Shown piece by piece: positions 6,556 through 15,593 of a DNA stretch of 23,464 nt (position 1 is the first letter of the stretch; each line of letters opens with the position of its first letter). The position numbers were made by a program, and so were the translations under genes. The stretch comes from Candidatus Latescibacterota bacterium (GTDB lineage Bacteria; Latescibacterota; UBA2968; GCA-2709665), in the NCBI GenBank assembly GCA_963662665.2, contig CAXXJS010000054.1, forward strand, positions 1 through 23,464, read 5' to 3'. The notes below the pieces were generated by a model. That model did no database searches. It saw only the letters and a list, made by a program, of their open reading frames with translations, and had not been told where the DNA came from.

Positions 6556-6594
6556 AGCGGTCATCGGGGGCGTTCCCCGGTGGCCGCTTTCTTC
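6556..6594 (+). terminator. Intrinsic terminator-like hairpin
   Basis: 14-bp stem AGCGGTCATCGGGG/CCCCGGTGGCCGCT; its G-U pairs work on the plus-strand RNA; followed by TTCTTC; lies between convergent genes. Confidence 0.65.
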
Positions 6595-6787
6595 ATTCTG
6601 GGGTTGAATTTTCTCGCTTTCGGTTCTCCAGCAAGAGTTGGATCGCCACTTCGACGGGGCCGGGGATCGCGATCGCACCGGACTGCCATAGGTAGACCGT
6701 CCTGCGATTCACTTTGAGCCGATTGGACACACCAATCACCGTGAAACCCAGCTTTTTCCTCGCTTCCAGGAATTCAGCAGGAGTCAT
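6593..6787 (-). CDS. XRE/Cro-like helix-turn-helix protein
   Basis: MTPAEFLEARKKLGFT...LKVNRRTVYLWQSG...IPGPV; the ATG overlaps the upstream stop (ATGA). Confidence 0.8.
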   Translation of the reverse strand: MTPAEFLEARKKLGFTVIGVSNRLKVNRRTVYLWQSGAIAIPGPVEVAIQLLLENRKRENSTPE

Positions 6788-7752
6788 GACGTATTCTTTA
6801 TCCTTGTCGTGACATCGCACCTGCAATTCACAACCTCCCGTCGTGGCCCGCTCGGGTCACCCGGATGCAACAGCAAAGCCCCACCGACTGAGAATCGTTC
6901 CCGCATCCCTCTTTGCTGTCCACGCGCCGCCAAGTGAGTCAAGCGCACCCTGTCGTCATTCGCCGTAATCCAAGTCCGGATCAGATTCGCTTCGTCTATA
7001 TGGCCCTCGTCAATGGCTTGCAGGTAGGCCTCATGGGAAGCTGAGTGGACCGCTGAAAGGGCTTCGGTTCGCGCTATGGTCCGAGTTCTGAACGCTCGGT
7101 ATCGGTCCCTATAGCGCTCGGTCATCCGGTCGATTTGCGCCGGAGACAATGGCTCTCCGGTCGTGATCGATCGTCGGATCGAACCATCGAATCTCCGGTC
7201 GCGAAGCTCTCGGTTCAGAGCTGTCGCATCGCCTTCCGCCGTCCGGCTCAGATAGGTCCGGTAATTCTGGACGTGCCGTTGCTGATTCTGAGTCAGCCCG
7301 ATCGATGCGCGGAAGTTGCGGGCCTGTGCGTTCGGGTTGAGGCCTCGCCTGATCCCATCGACCAAGGCCTCCCGGGTCGCCGCTCGCTGCTGGTCGGTGA
7401 GTTCGGAAATCAGCCGGAGACGCTGATTTTGCATGTAGTTGACGGCACGGTGATTCACCCGGTCGAAGCCGATCGTCACGTCGAGTGCGCCTTCAAGGAA
7501 GGCCGCTGTTTTGGCTCCGGCTACGGAATAGACTCCTGAATAAGAGTCGTAAATCCGCACGGCACCGGCGTTGGCAGCCGTCTGGATCGCTTCATCAGGC
7601 CGGCCCTGGCCGATAAGGTCTGCCAAGTCCGTGAGCGTCCCTGTGGCGCTTACAGCGGCCAGAAAGCCGCTCTGAGCCGCTCTCCCCATGTCGGAAGTCG
7701 CCCGTCTGACCAGATCGGCCAAGCGGTCAGCCCTGTCGATTGTGTCCGGCAC
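6784..7752 (-). CDS. Head morphogenesis protein (SPP1 gp7 / Mu F family)
   Basis: RTIARTE, WITANDDRVRLTH and HPGDP...VVNCRC motifs. Confidence 0.88.
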   Translation of the reverse strand: MPDTIDRADRLADLVRRATSDMGRAAQSGFLAAVSATGTLTDLADLIGQGRPDEAIQTAANAGAVRIYDSYSGVYSVAGAKTAAFLEGALDVTIGFDRVNHRAVNYMQNQRLRLISELTDQQRAATREALVDGIRRGLNPNAQARNFRASIGLTQNQQRHVQNYRTYLSRTAEGDATALNRELRDRRFDGSIRRSITTGEPLSPAQIDRMTERYRDRYRAFRTRTIARTEALSAVHSASHEAYLQAIDEGHIDEANLIRTWITANDDRVRLTHLAARGQQRGMRERFSVGGALLLHPGDPSGPRREVVNCRCDVTTRIKNTS

Positions 7753-7756
7753 CGGA

Positions 7757-8128
7757 TTATCGGGCCTCGAATTCGTAGAGTGCTTCTGCCGGGTCCCGCT
7801 CGATCAACCGGACCAATTCGAAGGTGATGCTGGACAACTCGGCTTTGTCTCCGACTTGGGGCACCGCCATTGGAGTCACCGACTTCCCAACGATCGTGAG
7901 GACCGGGATCGATTCGGCAACCAGAGTATCGGCAATCCTGACTTCCTTGAGTGAGAAGAAACCTTGAAACGAGTGGGTGGAAAGTACCGGATCGGTCGCC
8001 GCCGTCGGGTCGTCAGGATCACGCACACCGGGGCTTTCCTTCGTGAGCGTACCGGCCTGCAGTCCGCCGGCGGACGCGAGAGCATCCGCGACGATTTGCG
8101 CGATGTCCTGTCCGAAAATCTCGACCAT
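7757..8128 (-). CDS. Putative head-closure/head-tail joining protein
   Basis: 123 aa, beta-rich, ends RDPAEALYEFEAR; follows the connector gene. Confidence 0.55.
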   Translation of the reverse strand: MVEIFGQDIAQIVADALASAGGLQAGTLTKESPGVRDPDDPTAATDPVLSTHSFQGFFSLKEVRIADTLVAESIPVLTIVGKSVTPMAVPQVGDKAELSSITFELVRLIERDPAEALYEFEAR

Positions 8129-8718
8129 CAGGCCAGCCCCCCTGTGTATCCAAAGGCGTCCATATCATCGAACTGGGACACCGCATCCGTCCCGCTCGCG
8201 CAAGCTCCGACCTCAGCATCTTGGTTCGGCGTCCCACGATCAAGCCATTCGTTGATCAACGCCAGGATTTCATCCGTTTCAACCGGATGCTGAGGCGCAG
8301 ACTCCTGTGGGACCGCGAACCGGACCTCAGCCGACCCCGCCTTGACCACGCTGATGGCTGATGTTCTCTGAGTCGATTGGGTTGTGGACGGCAGACTGGT
8401 TGAACCCGCTGCCAGCGCGGTCGCCCGCTCGATCTCCGGCGGGATGGTATTTGGATCAACGGCTGCACCGCCATCGCGGTAAACCAGACCTGATCGAGGC
8501 CAGTCGGTTGTCTGACTTTCTGCGGTTTTTCGCCCCAGCCACCGAAAAAGATCAATCCGGTTCGTCGCCGCAATCAGGTGAATCTTCTTGGCATCTTCTT
8601 CCAGCGCGGCCCAATTCGTGTTTCGAGTCGGATCCACAGCCAAAATCTCATCCGCTTTCTCGACAGAACAATAACTCAGATAGTCCGTCCCGCTCAGCGT
8701 GATCGTCGTCAGGCTCAT
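8128..8718 (-). CDS. Head-tail adaptor ('DnaT-like' phage family)
   Basis: SYCSVEKAD...W...ATNRID...WLGRK...Q..DWPR...IPPEIERA pattern. Confidence 0.7.
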   Translation of the reverse strand: MSLTTITLSGTDYLSYCSVEKADEILAVDPTRNTNWAALEEDAKKIHLIAATNRIDLFRWLGRKTAESQTTDWPRSGLVYRDGGAAVDPNTIPPEIERATALAAGSTSLPSTTQSTQRTSAISVVKAGSAEVRFAVPQESAPQHPVETDEILALINEWLDRGTPNQDAEVGACASGTDAVSQFDDMDAFGYTGGLA

Positions 8719-10136
8719 GGCAGCCCTCGCGTGTCTCCCCGTGGATCATCGGTAGGAGGATCATCGGGATTGGACGGATCAGTCGGGAGCAGACCGCCCT
8801 CGTAATCATCGAGGATTTCTTGGGGTCGACGCGGCAATCCGAGCATGTCTCGGAGTTCGTCGATAACTGGATCCAGCGGATGGAGTACGGCTCCGGCATT
8901 CGCTTGGTCTCTCAGGGACGCTGAGATTTCGGCGACGTCGGTATACCGCACCGCCTCTGTATCCACCGAAGGTTTCAGGTTCTCATCCCAAGCGTTGAGT
9001 TCCCAAATTCGATCCACCAAGTCTTTTCGAACGGTTTCTTTGATCTCGGTCAGGGCGGAATCGATCAACAGGTAGAAAGCGTGGGTCTTGTCTTTCGACG
9101 TGGAAAAGGAACCGGTCGCGCCGGCTCCGAGCAACAACTGCTCGACACCCATGATCCGAGCCATCTCTCTGTTGAGACGTTCGATGGCGTTCGCGTTCTC
9201 AGAGAATGAAGTGGCGGACCCCGTGAGCAGTTCGATGTCCCACTGCTTGGCGTTCGACGGGCGCTCGATCTCATCCGCTGTCTGATACGTCATCGAATCC
9301 AGCAACAGCCCCAACTTCGGATTCTTGATGTGGTTCTTGACGAATTTCCGAATGGGCGCTTCGAGGGCCTCCCGTTGTTTCTTGTCGATCAACCCCTGCT
9401 TTTCCATCTCCCTGAGCGCCGTGAATGGAGCTCGACCAAGCGGGACGCCACGAAGATCGGTTTCGAATCCGAAACCTTCAAGCTGCTCATATCTCTTCAA
9501 CCTCAGGGACGGCCCAACCAGGTGCCGGAATATCCCCAATCCTTCGGGCGAATCATTCAACGTATCGTCGACCACGTACAGCACTTGATCGCGATCCAGG
9601 TAGATTTCCTTGTTGTCCTGTGGACTCCGCTGGATCATGCCCAAGACCTGTCCAGATCGATCCACGTCCCACCGTTCGATGGTTCGCTGCGGCCTGGGGG
9701 CGATGTCGTCAAACGTCAAATGCCCGTCGGCATGGCGACGGACATTCCATTCCTGCACTGCGAACCCGTAGAACCGGAACATCGCGGCTCTCCTGACGAT
9801 GCGATGCCAAGGGGTCTGCGGATCGATCGTGATCATGGACGTGAGCCGCTGCGCGAACTCTCCGTCGGTGTCCGCTTCCGACGGAATCCAGTACCACTTC
9901 GCTTTGGCAACCAAATTCAGGTAATAGCGAACTCCGGCGGCAACGATGCTGGTATTGACCATCAGACCGGAATAAGTCCGATACCGTACATCGTGGGATT
10001 TGAGGAGCGGGTTTTTTTCCAAGACCTCGATATACCCGTTCGTGATCCGGGTGCCGTGGGTCCCGGCCGTGTTCTTGGGAGACGACGATCGGCGGGGTCT
10101 CGGAATGGTTCCGCCAAAGAGACTTAGAACAGCCAT
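8715..10136 (-). CDS. Portal protein (DUF935/Mu gp29-like)
   Basis: 473 aa directly after TerL; FYGFAVQE, SPEGLGIFR, helical clip region, acidic tail. Confidence 0.8.
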   Translation of the reverse strand: MAVLSLFGGTIPRPRRSSSPKNTAGTHGTRITNGYIEVLEKNPLLKSHDVRYRTYSGLMVNTSIVAAGVRYYLNLVAKAKWYWIPSEADTDGEFAQRLTSMITIDPQTPWHRIVRRAAMFRFYGFAVQEWNVRRHADGHLTFDDIAPRPQRTIERWDVDRSGQVLGMIQRSPQDNKEIYLDRDQVLYVVDDTLNDSPEGLGIFRHLVGPSLRLKRYEQLEGFGFETDLRGVPLGRAPFTALREMEKQGLIDKKQREALEAPIRKFVKNHIKNPKLGLLLDSMTYQTADEIERPSNAKQWDIELLTGSATSFSENANAIERLNREMARIMGVEQLLLGAGATGSFSTSKDKTHAFYLLIDSALTEIKETVRKDLVDRIWELNAWDENLKPSVDTEAVRYTDVAEISASLRDQANAGAVLHPLDPVIDELRDMLGLPRRPQEILDDYEGGLLPTDPSNPDDPPTDDPRGDTRGLP

Positions 10137-10168
10137 CGAATTTCATCCTACATGACACGGGAGGCGAA

Positions 10169-11746
10169 TCACAACGGACGCTCAGGTCGTGAAAGATCGT
10201 AGATTTCAGCGGGAACAGTCGCGATTCGGCGCTCCCGGAAACGCCAGAAACACCGGTAACGGCTCATGTCGTAGATATGATCTTCCGCTTCGTCGTCTAC
10301 GTCGTCAGGGTCTTTTTCGTCTCTCGGAAGCGATGGGACAGTCCGGAGGAAGTGTCGGCACTCCTCACCGACAACGAACAGGCCGGGTTTCTCCCGGGGG
10401 GTGTTGTCTTCGTTCGGATGCGCTTGCTTGATGAGCTTCCGCATGATCTCAGCGCCCTGCTTGCGACTTCCTGGGCGCTTGTTCGCCTTGATCCAAGTGA
10501 TTCCGGGATAGATTCTGGTTCCGATTCTCACCGGAGATTTCATATCCGTAGCGATGGAGACGCGATTCTGAACGGCGTAGATTTCGCTGTCGGCGGGTCC
10601 GGGCCGCACCCGATGGTGAATTCCCCAAGCCAACTGCCGCTCGACAATGCCCTTGGCGACATCAACCGCGAGCATCCTGCAGCCCGTATTCGGGTGTCCG
10701 CTCCATCCGTACCATTCCCGCCAGAGGAATAGGTCCCGTCTGACCGTGGGAATGGTGAGGCCACCGACATCCAAGTCCGTTCCATCGGATTCTGCCCACC
10801 ACCCGACGGCGAACGGCCGCGCCGAACCCCAGTCGAATGACCGGTCGATCCGCCAACTCGATGGCGGGTCGAAATTCGGAACGATATTGTGTTCCTCACT
10901 CCAAAGATCATCGAACATCCCGCCGGCGGTGACTGACCAGTCACCACGCAACCACGCTTCTTTCATCGCTTCGTTCGATGCCGCCGCCGTGATCGTTTTT
11001 TCGTACTTCGGATCCGCCTCCAGAAGGATCTTGTTTTCGCTCAGATGCGAGTGGATGGCGACTCGGGTTTGCTCCTCATCATCGATGATGATCGTCCGCC
11101 ACCACTTGCCGTAGAGCCGGAATCGATCTTTGACCCACGAATGTCCGGGGCCATACGGATTGGTGTTGGCCCGCACCATTCTCGGGACGCCCTTTTTTGA
11201 GGCTCGGCAGCACGCAAACATGGGCGTATAGCACTCGGAGGTCGGCCAGTTCGTCAACTCCTCAAATCCGATGAAGGGCAGTTCGTGACCATGGTAGTTC
11301 CAATAATCCGACGGTTTGTCCATGTGCCGAAACATCAGAACTTCGCCCGTCGGCCATTCCCACGTGAAGGTCGAACGGCTGAATTTTGCCTGTGGGAAAA
11401 TCTGACGGAACCACCGAATCGACTTCGCCGTGATGTCTCCCAATTGGGGGTAGGTCTGCCGGAAGATCACGCCTCTCCAAGCTTCCCCGTGACCTTTTCC
11501 GACGTGCTGAGCGAAGGCCATGAGCAGCACGTCGGTCTTACCGCCGCCCCGTGTTCCGTGGATCAGCGCTTCGAAATGGGGGCAAGCCATGAAGTTCTGC
11601 TGGGAGCCGGGCTGCGGAGACCAAATGACCTTCGTTTTCCCGTCTCGGCTGGCCGCTTGCTGTTCCTCATGGAGCCGCCGATGGAACTGTTCATCGAATT
11701 CCCGGGCTTCCTCGGCGGTCGGCTGATAGTCAGATCCCGGAAACAT
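10169..11746 (-). CDS. terL: Terminase large subunit
   Basis: Q motif PQPGSQ, Walker A GTRGGGKT, Walker B FIGFEELT, NTNP coupling motif, nuclease FDWG and EDHIYD. Confidence 0.93.
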   Translation of the reverse strand: MFPGSDYQPTAEEAREFDEQFHRRLHEEQQAASRDGKTKVIWSPQPGSQQNFMACPHFEALIHGTRGGGKTDVLLMAFAQHVGKGHGEAWRGVIFRQTYPQLGDITAKSIRWFRQIFPQAKFSRSTFTWEWPTGEVLMFRHMDKPSDYWNYHGHELPFIGFEELTNWPTSECYTPMFACCRASKKGVPRMVRANTNPYGPGHSWVKDRFRLYGKWWRTIIIDDEEQTRVAIHSHLSENKILLEADPKYEKTITAAASNEAMKEAWLRGDWSVTAGGMFDDLWSEEHNIVPNFDPPSSWRIDRSFDWGSARPFAVGWWAESDGTDLDVGGLTIPTVRRDLFLWREWYGWSGHPNTGCRMLAVDVAKGIVERQLAWGIHHRVRPGPADSEIYAVQNRVSIATDMKSPVRIGTRIYPGITWIKANKRPGSRKQGAEIMRKLIKQAHPNEDNTPREKPGLFVVGEECRHFLRTVPSLPRDEKDPDDVDDEAEDHIYDMSRYRCFWRFRERRIATVPAEIYDLSRPERPL

Positions 11747-12486
11747 CAGGCTGGTACTTCACGGGCTTCTGCCTCAATCACAGATCCCTGATTGTAAGTG
11801 TCCTGGAGTTGGTTCCATTGGTCGGGGTCCAGCACCGCCGGCGCGAGCAGAACGCCGCCCTTGTGGTTGTGCTCAACGCGACCGCGCAGCGAGATCGCTT
11901 TCGATTCTTCCTGATAACCGTAGAACACCTTGAGCGCCCACGCTGCCCACTTCGGATCCTTTTTCGCTTTGTCGAGGATGGTGTTCGCGTGAACCATCGC
12001 TCCCTGCGCCCGGGCCTCTTCAGTTTCTTCCAGGAATCGCTGGAATTTGTCGCCCTGCCCCTTTCGCCCCAAGGCCCGCCAGCGCAAGAGCATTTGATAG
12101 GTGATGCCCGCATACGCCGCACAGTGCTTCCAGGTAAGCCCTCTATTCGCCGCCGCACAGACCAGCCTCACGACATCCTTCGTCATCAGAGACGATTGGC
12201 CGCCGGAGTCCACGACTTGGGCATCGGCTTCTACCAACTCCGTTTCCGCCGTTTTGACCTTCCCCATTTTCCTGGCGACGGTGATTTTCTCGAGGAATCG
12301 AGTGTATTTGTCCCGTTTCCCGGCTTTCAGGGACTTCCGAGCGGTGCGCTCCCACAGCCGGAGCGTCCCGAAGTTGATTCGGGCCAGAGCCGCGCACTGC
12401 TGGGGCGGCCGTCCCTCAGCAGCCGCATTGCATAGAATCTCCACTGTCTTCGGAGTCAGCTTCGATTTCCGTCCCCGTTTAGCCAT
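11746..12486 (-). CDS. terS: Terminase small subunit (duplicated HTH)
   Basis: Directly upstream of TerL; GRKSKLTP HTH start; KWAAWAL motif. Confidence 0.75.
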   Translation of the reverse strand: MAKRGRKSKLTPKTVEILCNAAAEGRPPQQCAALARINFGTLRLWERTARKSLKAGKRDKYTRFLEKITVARKMGKVKTAETELVEADAQVVDSGGQSSLMTKDVVRLVCAAANRGLTWKHCAAYAGITYQMLLRWRALGRKGQGDKFQRFLEETEEARAQGAMVHANTILDKAKKDPKWAAWALKVFYGYQEESKAISLRGRVEHNHKGGVLLAPAVLDPDQWNQLQDTYNQGSVIEAEAREVPA

Positions 12487-13216
12487 CGGATTCCTCGGCT
12501 TCGATTTGATCCAGTCGTTCGGCAGCGAGTTGTGCCAGCATACCGAACGCGATTGCGGAATTCACGACGTTCCACTTGTCTTTGATGTCTCCGATCGTGT
12601 TGAAAACCGCATTGAAGTCTTCGTACCGAGCCAAAAACGCATCCGGCGGTTTCTTGCGGTTGACATGCCGCCGCTTTTTGCTCACCCGAGCATCGATCCG
12701 CTCCAAGACTTGTCGGAATTCATCCAGTTCGGAGTGGAGAAAGAAAATGTTGACTTCACGGTACTCCGGCAGCCCGACGGTCAGCGCGGGAACGTCCAGT
12801 CCATCGAATTCCTTAATGTCGTCATCCGTGATTCCAGAGTAGAGTTTTTCATCCATGTCCAGCGTTTCGTAGAGTTCCGCCAATACGGATGGGTCGTCTT
12901 GACCGGAAATCGCATTGTGGCTCAGTTGGATCGCGACCTTCCGATCCTCGGTCAAATCGGACGTGATGATATGGGCGTCGATCGTTTTGACTCCAGCCGC
13001 GATAGCGGCCTTGGTCCGGTGATGCCCAGACAGGATCTCGGGACGGCTCTGACCGGCGGGCCAATGGGCCAAGACGGAGCTCGTAAGTGCTCCGTCCCGC
13101 TTCACATTTTCCACCAAACGGGTGAACTGGTCGCCCGTCATGTAGCGGGCGTTTTTCTCCCGTGGGAGCAGGATTTTAGGGTCGATCTTGTCAATCCGGT
13201 AGTCGATTTTTTCCAC
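12479..13216 (-). CDS. ParB/Sulfiredoxin N-terminal domain protein
   Basis: NARYM...LVENVKRDG...ILSGHHRTKAA...HNAISG. Confidence 0.85.
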   Translation of the reverse strand: MEKIDYRIDKIDPKILLPREKNARYMTGDQFTRLVENVKRDGALTSSVLAHWPAGQSRPEILSGHHRTKAAIAAGVKTIDAHIITSDLTEDRKVAIQLSHNAISGQDDPSVLAELYETLDMDEKLYSGITDDDIKEFDGLDVPALTVGLPEYREVNIFFLHSELDEFRQVLERIDARVSKKRRHVNRKKPPDAFLARYEDFNAVFNTIGDIKDKWNVVNSAIAFGMLAQLAAERLDQIEAEESDG

Positions 13217-14516
13217 GTAGATACTTTCGATACCACCAATTGAAAACCTGTTGCCCCGATTCCTCCCGAACCGGGGCCGAATACGTGATGATGTTTTTGC
13301 CCGTATCTTCGTCCTGTTTCCGCACCTTCAAATCGTAGATCCCACGGTACTTCATCGACATCGGGTGCCGGCTGATGGCGGTCGTGGTGATCGTTTCGAT
13401 CCGATGGAGCATCCGCGCTTCAACCATCGAAATCACTTCCCGGCAGATCGACAGCCGCGTCACGAATTTCGACAATTTGAACCCACCCGGGAGCGTCACG
13501 TCGCTCATCAAGTAGATCGAGTTCCAAGCGTATCGATTCCAGTTGTAGACCAAGCATCCGACCAGCATTTCGTCGATCAGAATGACGAAATTCAGGTTCC
13601 CGCGCCGCTGAACGATATCGGCGGACAGGTACACGTCCCGCACGTAGTCGGTGACTTCGTGGGGAACTTCACCGATTCTCACGGTCGATCGACGGTTGAC
13701 CTTGTAGAGGTCGATCGGGGAATACGCAATCGGAGATGTGTTCCGCGTGAAGCGCCGGACGCTCCCCCGAGCGGTTCGGGCGTAGCCGAAGTGCGGAACA
13801 TTCTTCATGGTCCTGTGCTCGATCACCGGCTTGAAGCCATCGACTACCTGGTCGGAATGCAAGCAGTACGGGACTCCGGATCGATCCACTTTCGTCAGCA
13901 CGTCATGAAATCTCTCGGGGTCATAGACCAGATATGGCGGCGGGGACCACTTCGTGTTTTGATCGATGAAGCGGAATTGCGCTTCGTAGCCGCCCTTGTA
14001 GAACGGCGGGAAGGCGACGATCCCGGAACCGGACTTGATGGCTCGGTCAATGTGGATGAGCCAATCGCCGGCGAAGTACCCGGTGAGCAGACCAGGCTCC
14101 ATCGACTTCGAGAGCTTTCCGACTCCGGCTTCAAGGTATTGCTCGAACCGCTGTTCGTAATATCGAAAATGCCTCTGATAGTAAGGGTGCTTCGACTTGA
14201 AGCGGGACATTTCGAGCGCCACCAATAGCGCGGCGACTCGGTTGATGTAAGGCTCACCGTGCAGGATGGCTTCGATGAACCCCAGCCTCTCGGTGAACTC
14301 GAATTCCAGTTCAGCGCCGGTGAACAGACGCCCGAGCGCCGTGCTGTAGAGGCTCACGTCATTGCTGTAGATTTTAAGATCCGGGAACCGCTTCCGCAGG
14401 ACGCGATCAACCTTGAAGGTTCCCGAGCAGCAAACGTGGACCCGCTCCCAATTCTCGAAATCCACCACGGCCAGCATTTGCTGGACAAACGCATTTGGAA
14501 CGGTGCCGAGAAACAT
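13191..14516 (-). CDS. Putative DNA-modification enzyme (adenine-methyltransferase-like N-terminus plus a second domain)
   Basis: SAM-binding-like CCSGTF...SNDVSLYS; catalytic-like FPPFYKGGY; translationally linked to the ParB gene. Confidence 0.55.
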   Translation of the reverse strand: MFLGTVPNAFVQQMLAVVDFENWERVHVCCSGTFKVDRVLRKRFPDLKIYSNDVSLYSTALGRLFTGAELEFEFTERLGFIEAILHGEPYINRVAALLVALEMSRFKSKHPYYQRHFRYYEQRFEQYLEAGVGKLSKSMEPGLLTGYFAGDWLIHIDRAIKSGSGIVAFPPFYKGGYEAQFRFIDQNTKWSPPPYLVYDPERFHDVLTKVDRSGVPYCLHSDQVVDGFKPVIEHRTMKNVPHFGYARTARGSVRRFTRNTSPIAYSPIDLYKVNRRSTVRIGEVPHEVTDYVRDVYLSADIVQRRGNLNFVILIDEMLVGCLVYNWNRYAWNSIYLMSDVTLPGGFKLSKFVTRLSICREVISMVEARMLHRIETITTTAISRHPMSMKYRGIYDLKVRKQDEDTGKNIITYSAPVREESGQQVFNWWYRKYLRGKNRLPD

Positions 14517-15022
14517 CTACGACGCCAACTCGAATTCGGGTGCTCGGGCGATTCCGGCTCCGATGAATTCCACGAACCAGACCCCATCGGCATACTCTTT
14601 GACTCCGGTCATTGGGCCGACGATCCCGGATTGATCGATCGATGGGTCATGAACGATCTTGGAATTCAGGCAAATGACCGTATGCCCGGTCCCATTTTTG
14701 CTCGTTCCGAGCAGCATGTAATAGAGTCCGGGGTTGTGGATCCCGACGGTTTCCAGCACGTTTCGAAGTGATTCCGTCCCCAGATAAGCCGTGGTGATCA
14801 GAGCCAAGCATAGGTATTGAGGAAGTCTATCGTGGCGTTGTGGGCCTTCTGGCAAGCCGCATCGCACCCATCCATCCCAAGCGTGATCCTGTCGTAAAAG
14901 TGCGGAACATCGTCCAGACCCAAGTCCAGAAGGGATGCGATACAGGCTCGGTAGCAATCACCGTAGGTTTCCGGCGGGTTGTGGAGATAGCGCTGAGTCA
15001 ACGGAGTCATGGTCTGAATCAT
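14517..15022 (-). pseudogene. Frameshifted papain-fold (C39-like) peptidase-like phage gene
   Basis: The N-half (GDCYRACIASLL...VPHF) and C-half (HTVI...IVHDP) are in different frames; adding one base near 14809 gives ...FLNTYGLALITTAY... Confidence 0.6.
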
Positions 15023-15055
15023 GCCTGAGAAGCGGAGATTCTGTCAAAACCCATG

Positions 15056-15084
15056 TTGACAGCAAGGAATATACGCTCTATCAT
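15056..15084 (+). promoter_or_regulatory. Sigma70 promoter of the rightward operon
   Basis: TTGACA (15056-15061), 17-bp spacer, TATCAT (15079-15084); lies at the strand switch. Confidence 0.75.
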
Positions 15085-15185
15085 CATGCATACACCATTT
15101 GGAGAATGGCTCTCCGGTCGATAGGCCGCCACCGCCGACAGGCCCAGTGGAACGGGGACCGGAGAGCCGAAACAGGAAGGGCCAA

Positions 15186-15593
15186 ATGGAAGTCACTCTG
15201 GATCAGTTGATCGAGCGCTTGGAATCGATCCCGAATACACAGTTCTCCCAATCTCATTTTGCGAATCAGGATTGCGGATGCATCGCCCATCACGTGGCCA
15301 AAATCTGCGGCAAGATTCCCGTTGAAACTTTTAGCAAGGCAGTCTCCGCTGACTGGACAATGACATTTGATGAGGCGGAAGACGTGCTCGACTCAATTAC
15401 TCCTCCTGAGATTCAATCCACTGACGTGACCGATCTGTGTGGTCCTGTATGGTGGGCGGAAGTTGATGGTCGGAATCGAGTGGTTTGTCCCAGTCGGGCG
15501 GAAGCTGTCGGGGTTTTGAAGCTGCTCCGGGAAGGGGTCAGTTTCCAAACTGCCGCCAGCATTGTCCTGTCAAAGAAAGGGAAATCGAAATGA
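15186..15593 (+). CDS. Hypothetical protein
   Basis: ATG 15186 with AGGAAGG RBS; contains GCIAHH; the stop overlaps the next ATG. Confidence 0.65.
   Translation: MEVTLDQLIERLESIPNTQFSQSHFANQDCGCIAHHVAKICGKIPVETFSKAVSADWTMTFDEAEDVLDSITPPEIQSTDVTDLCGPVWWAEVDGRNRVVCPSRAEAVGVLKLLREGVSFQTAASIVLSKKGKSK

Noticed and set aside
2450-14228. Long plus-strand ORFs such as 2450-3355, 9330-10127, 12101-13243 and 13251-14228
   Set aside because: Antisense shadows of well-supported minus-strand genes in GC-rich DNA.
15099-15185. N-terminal extension of ORF 15099-15593
   Set aside because: It overlaps the leader hairpin; ATG 15186 has the better RBS.
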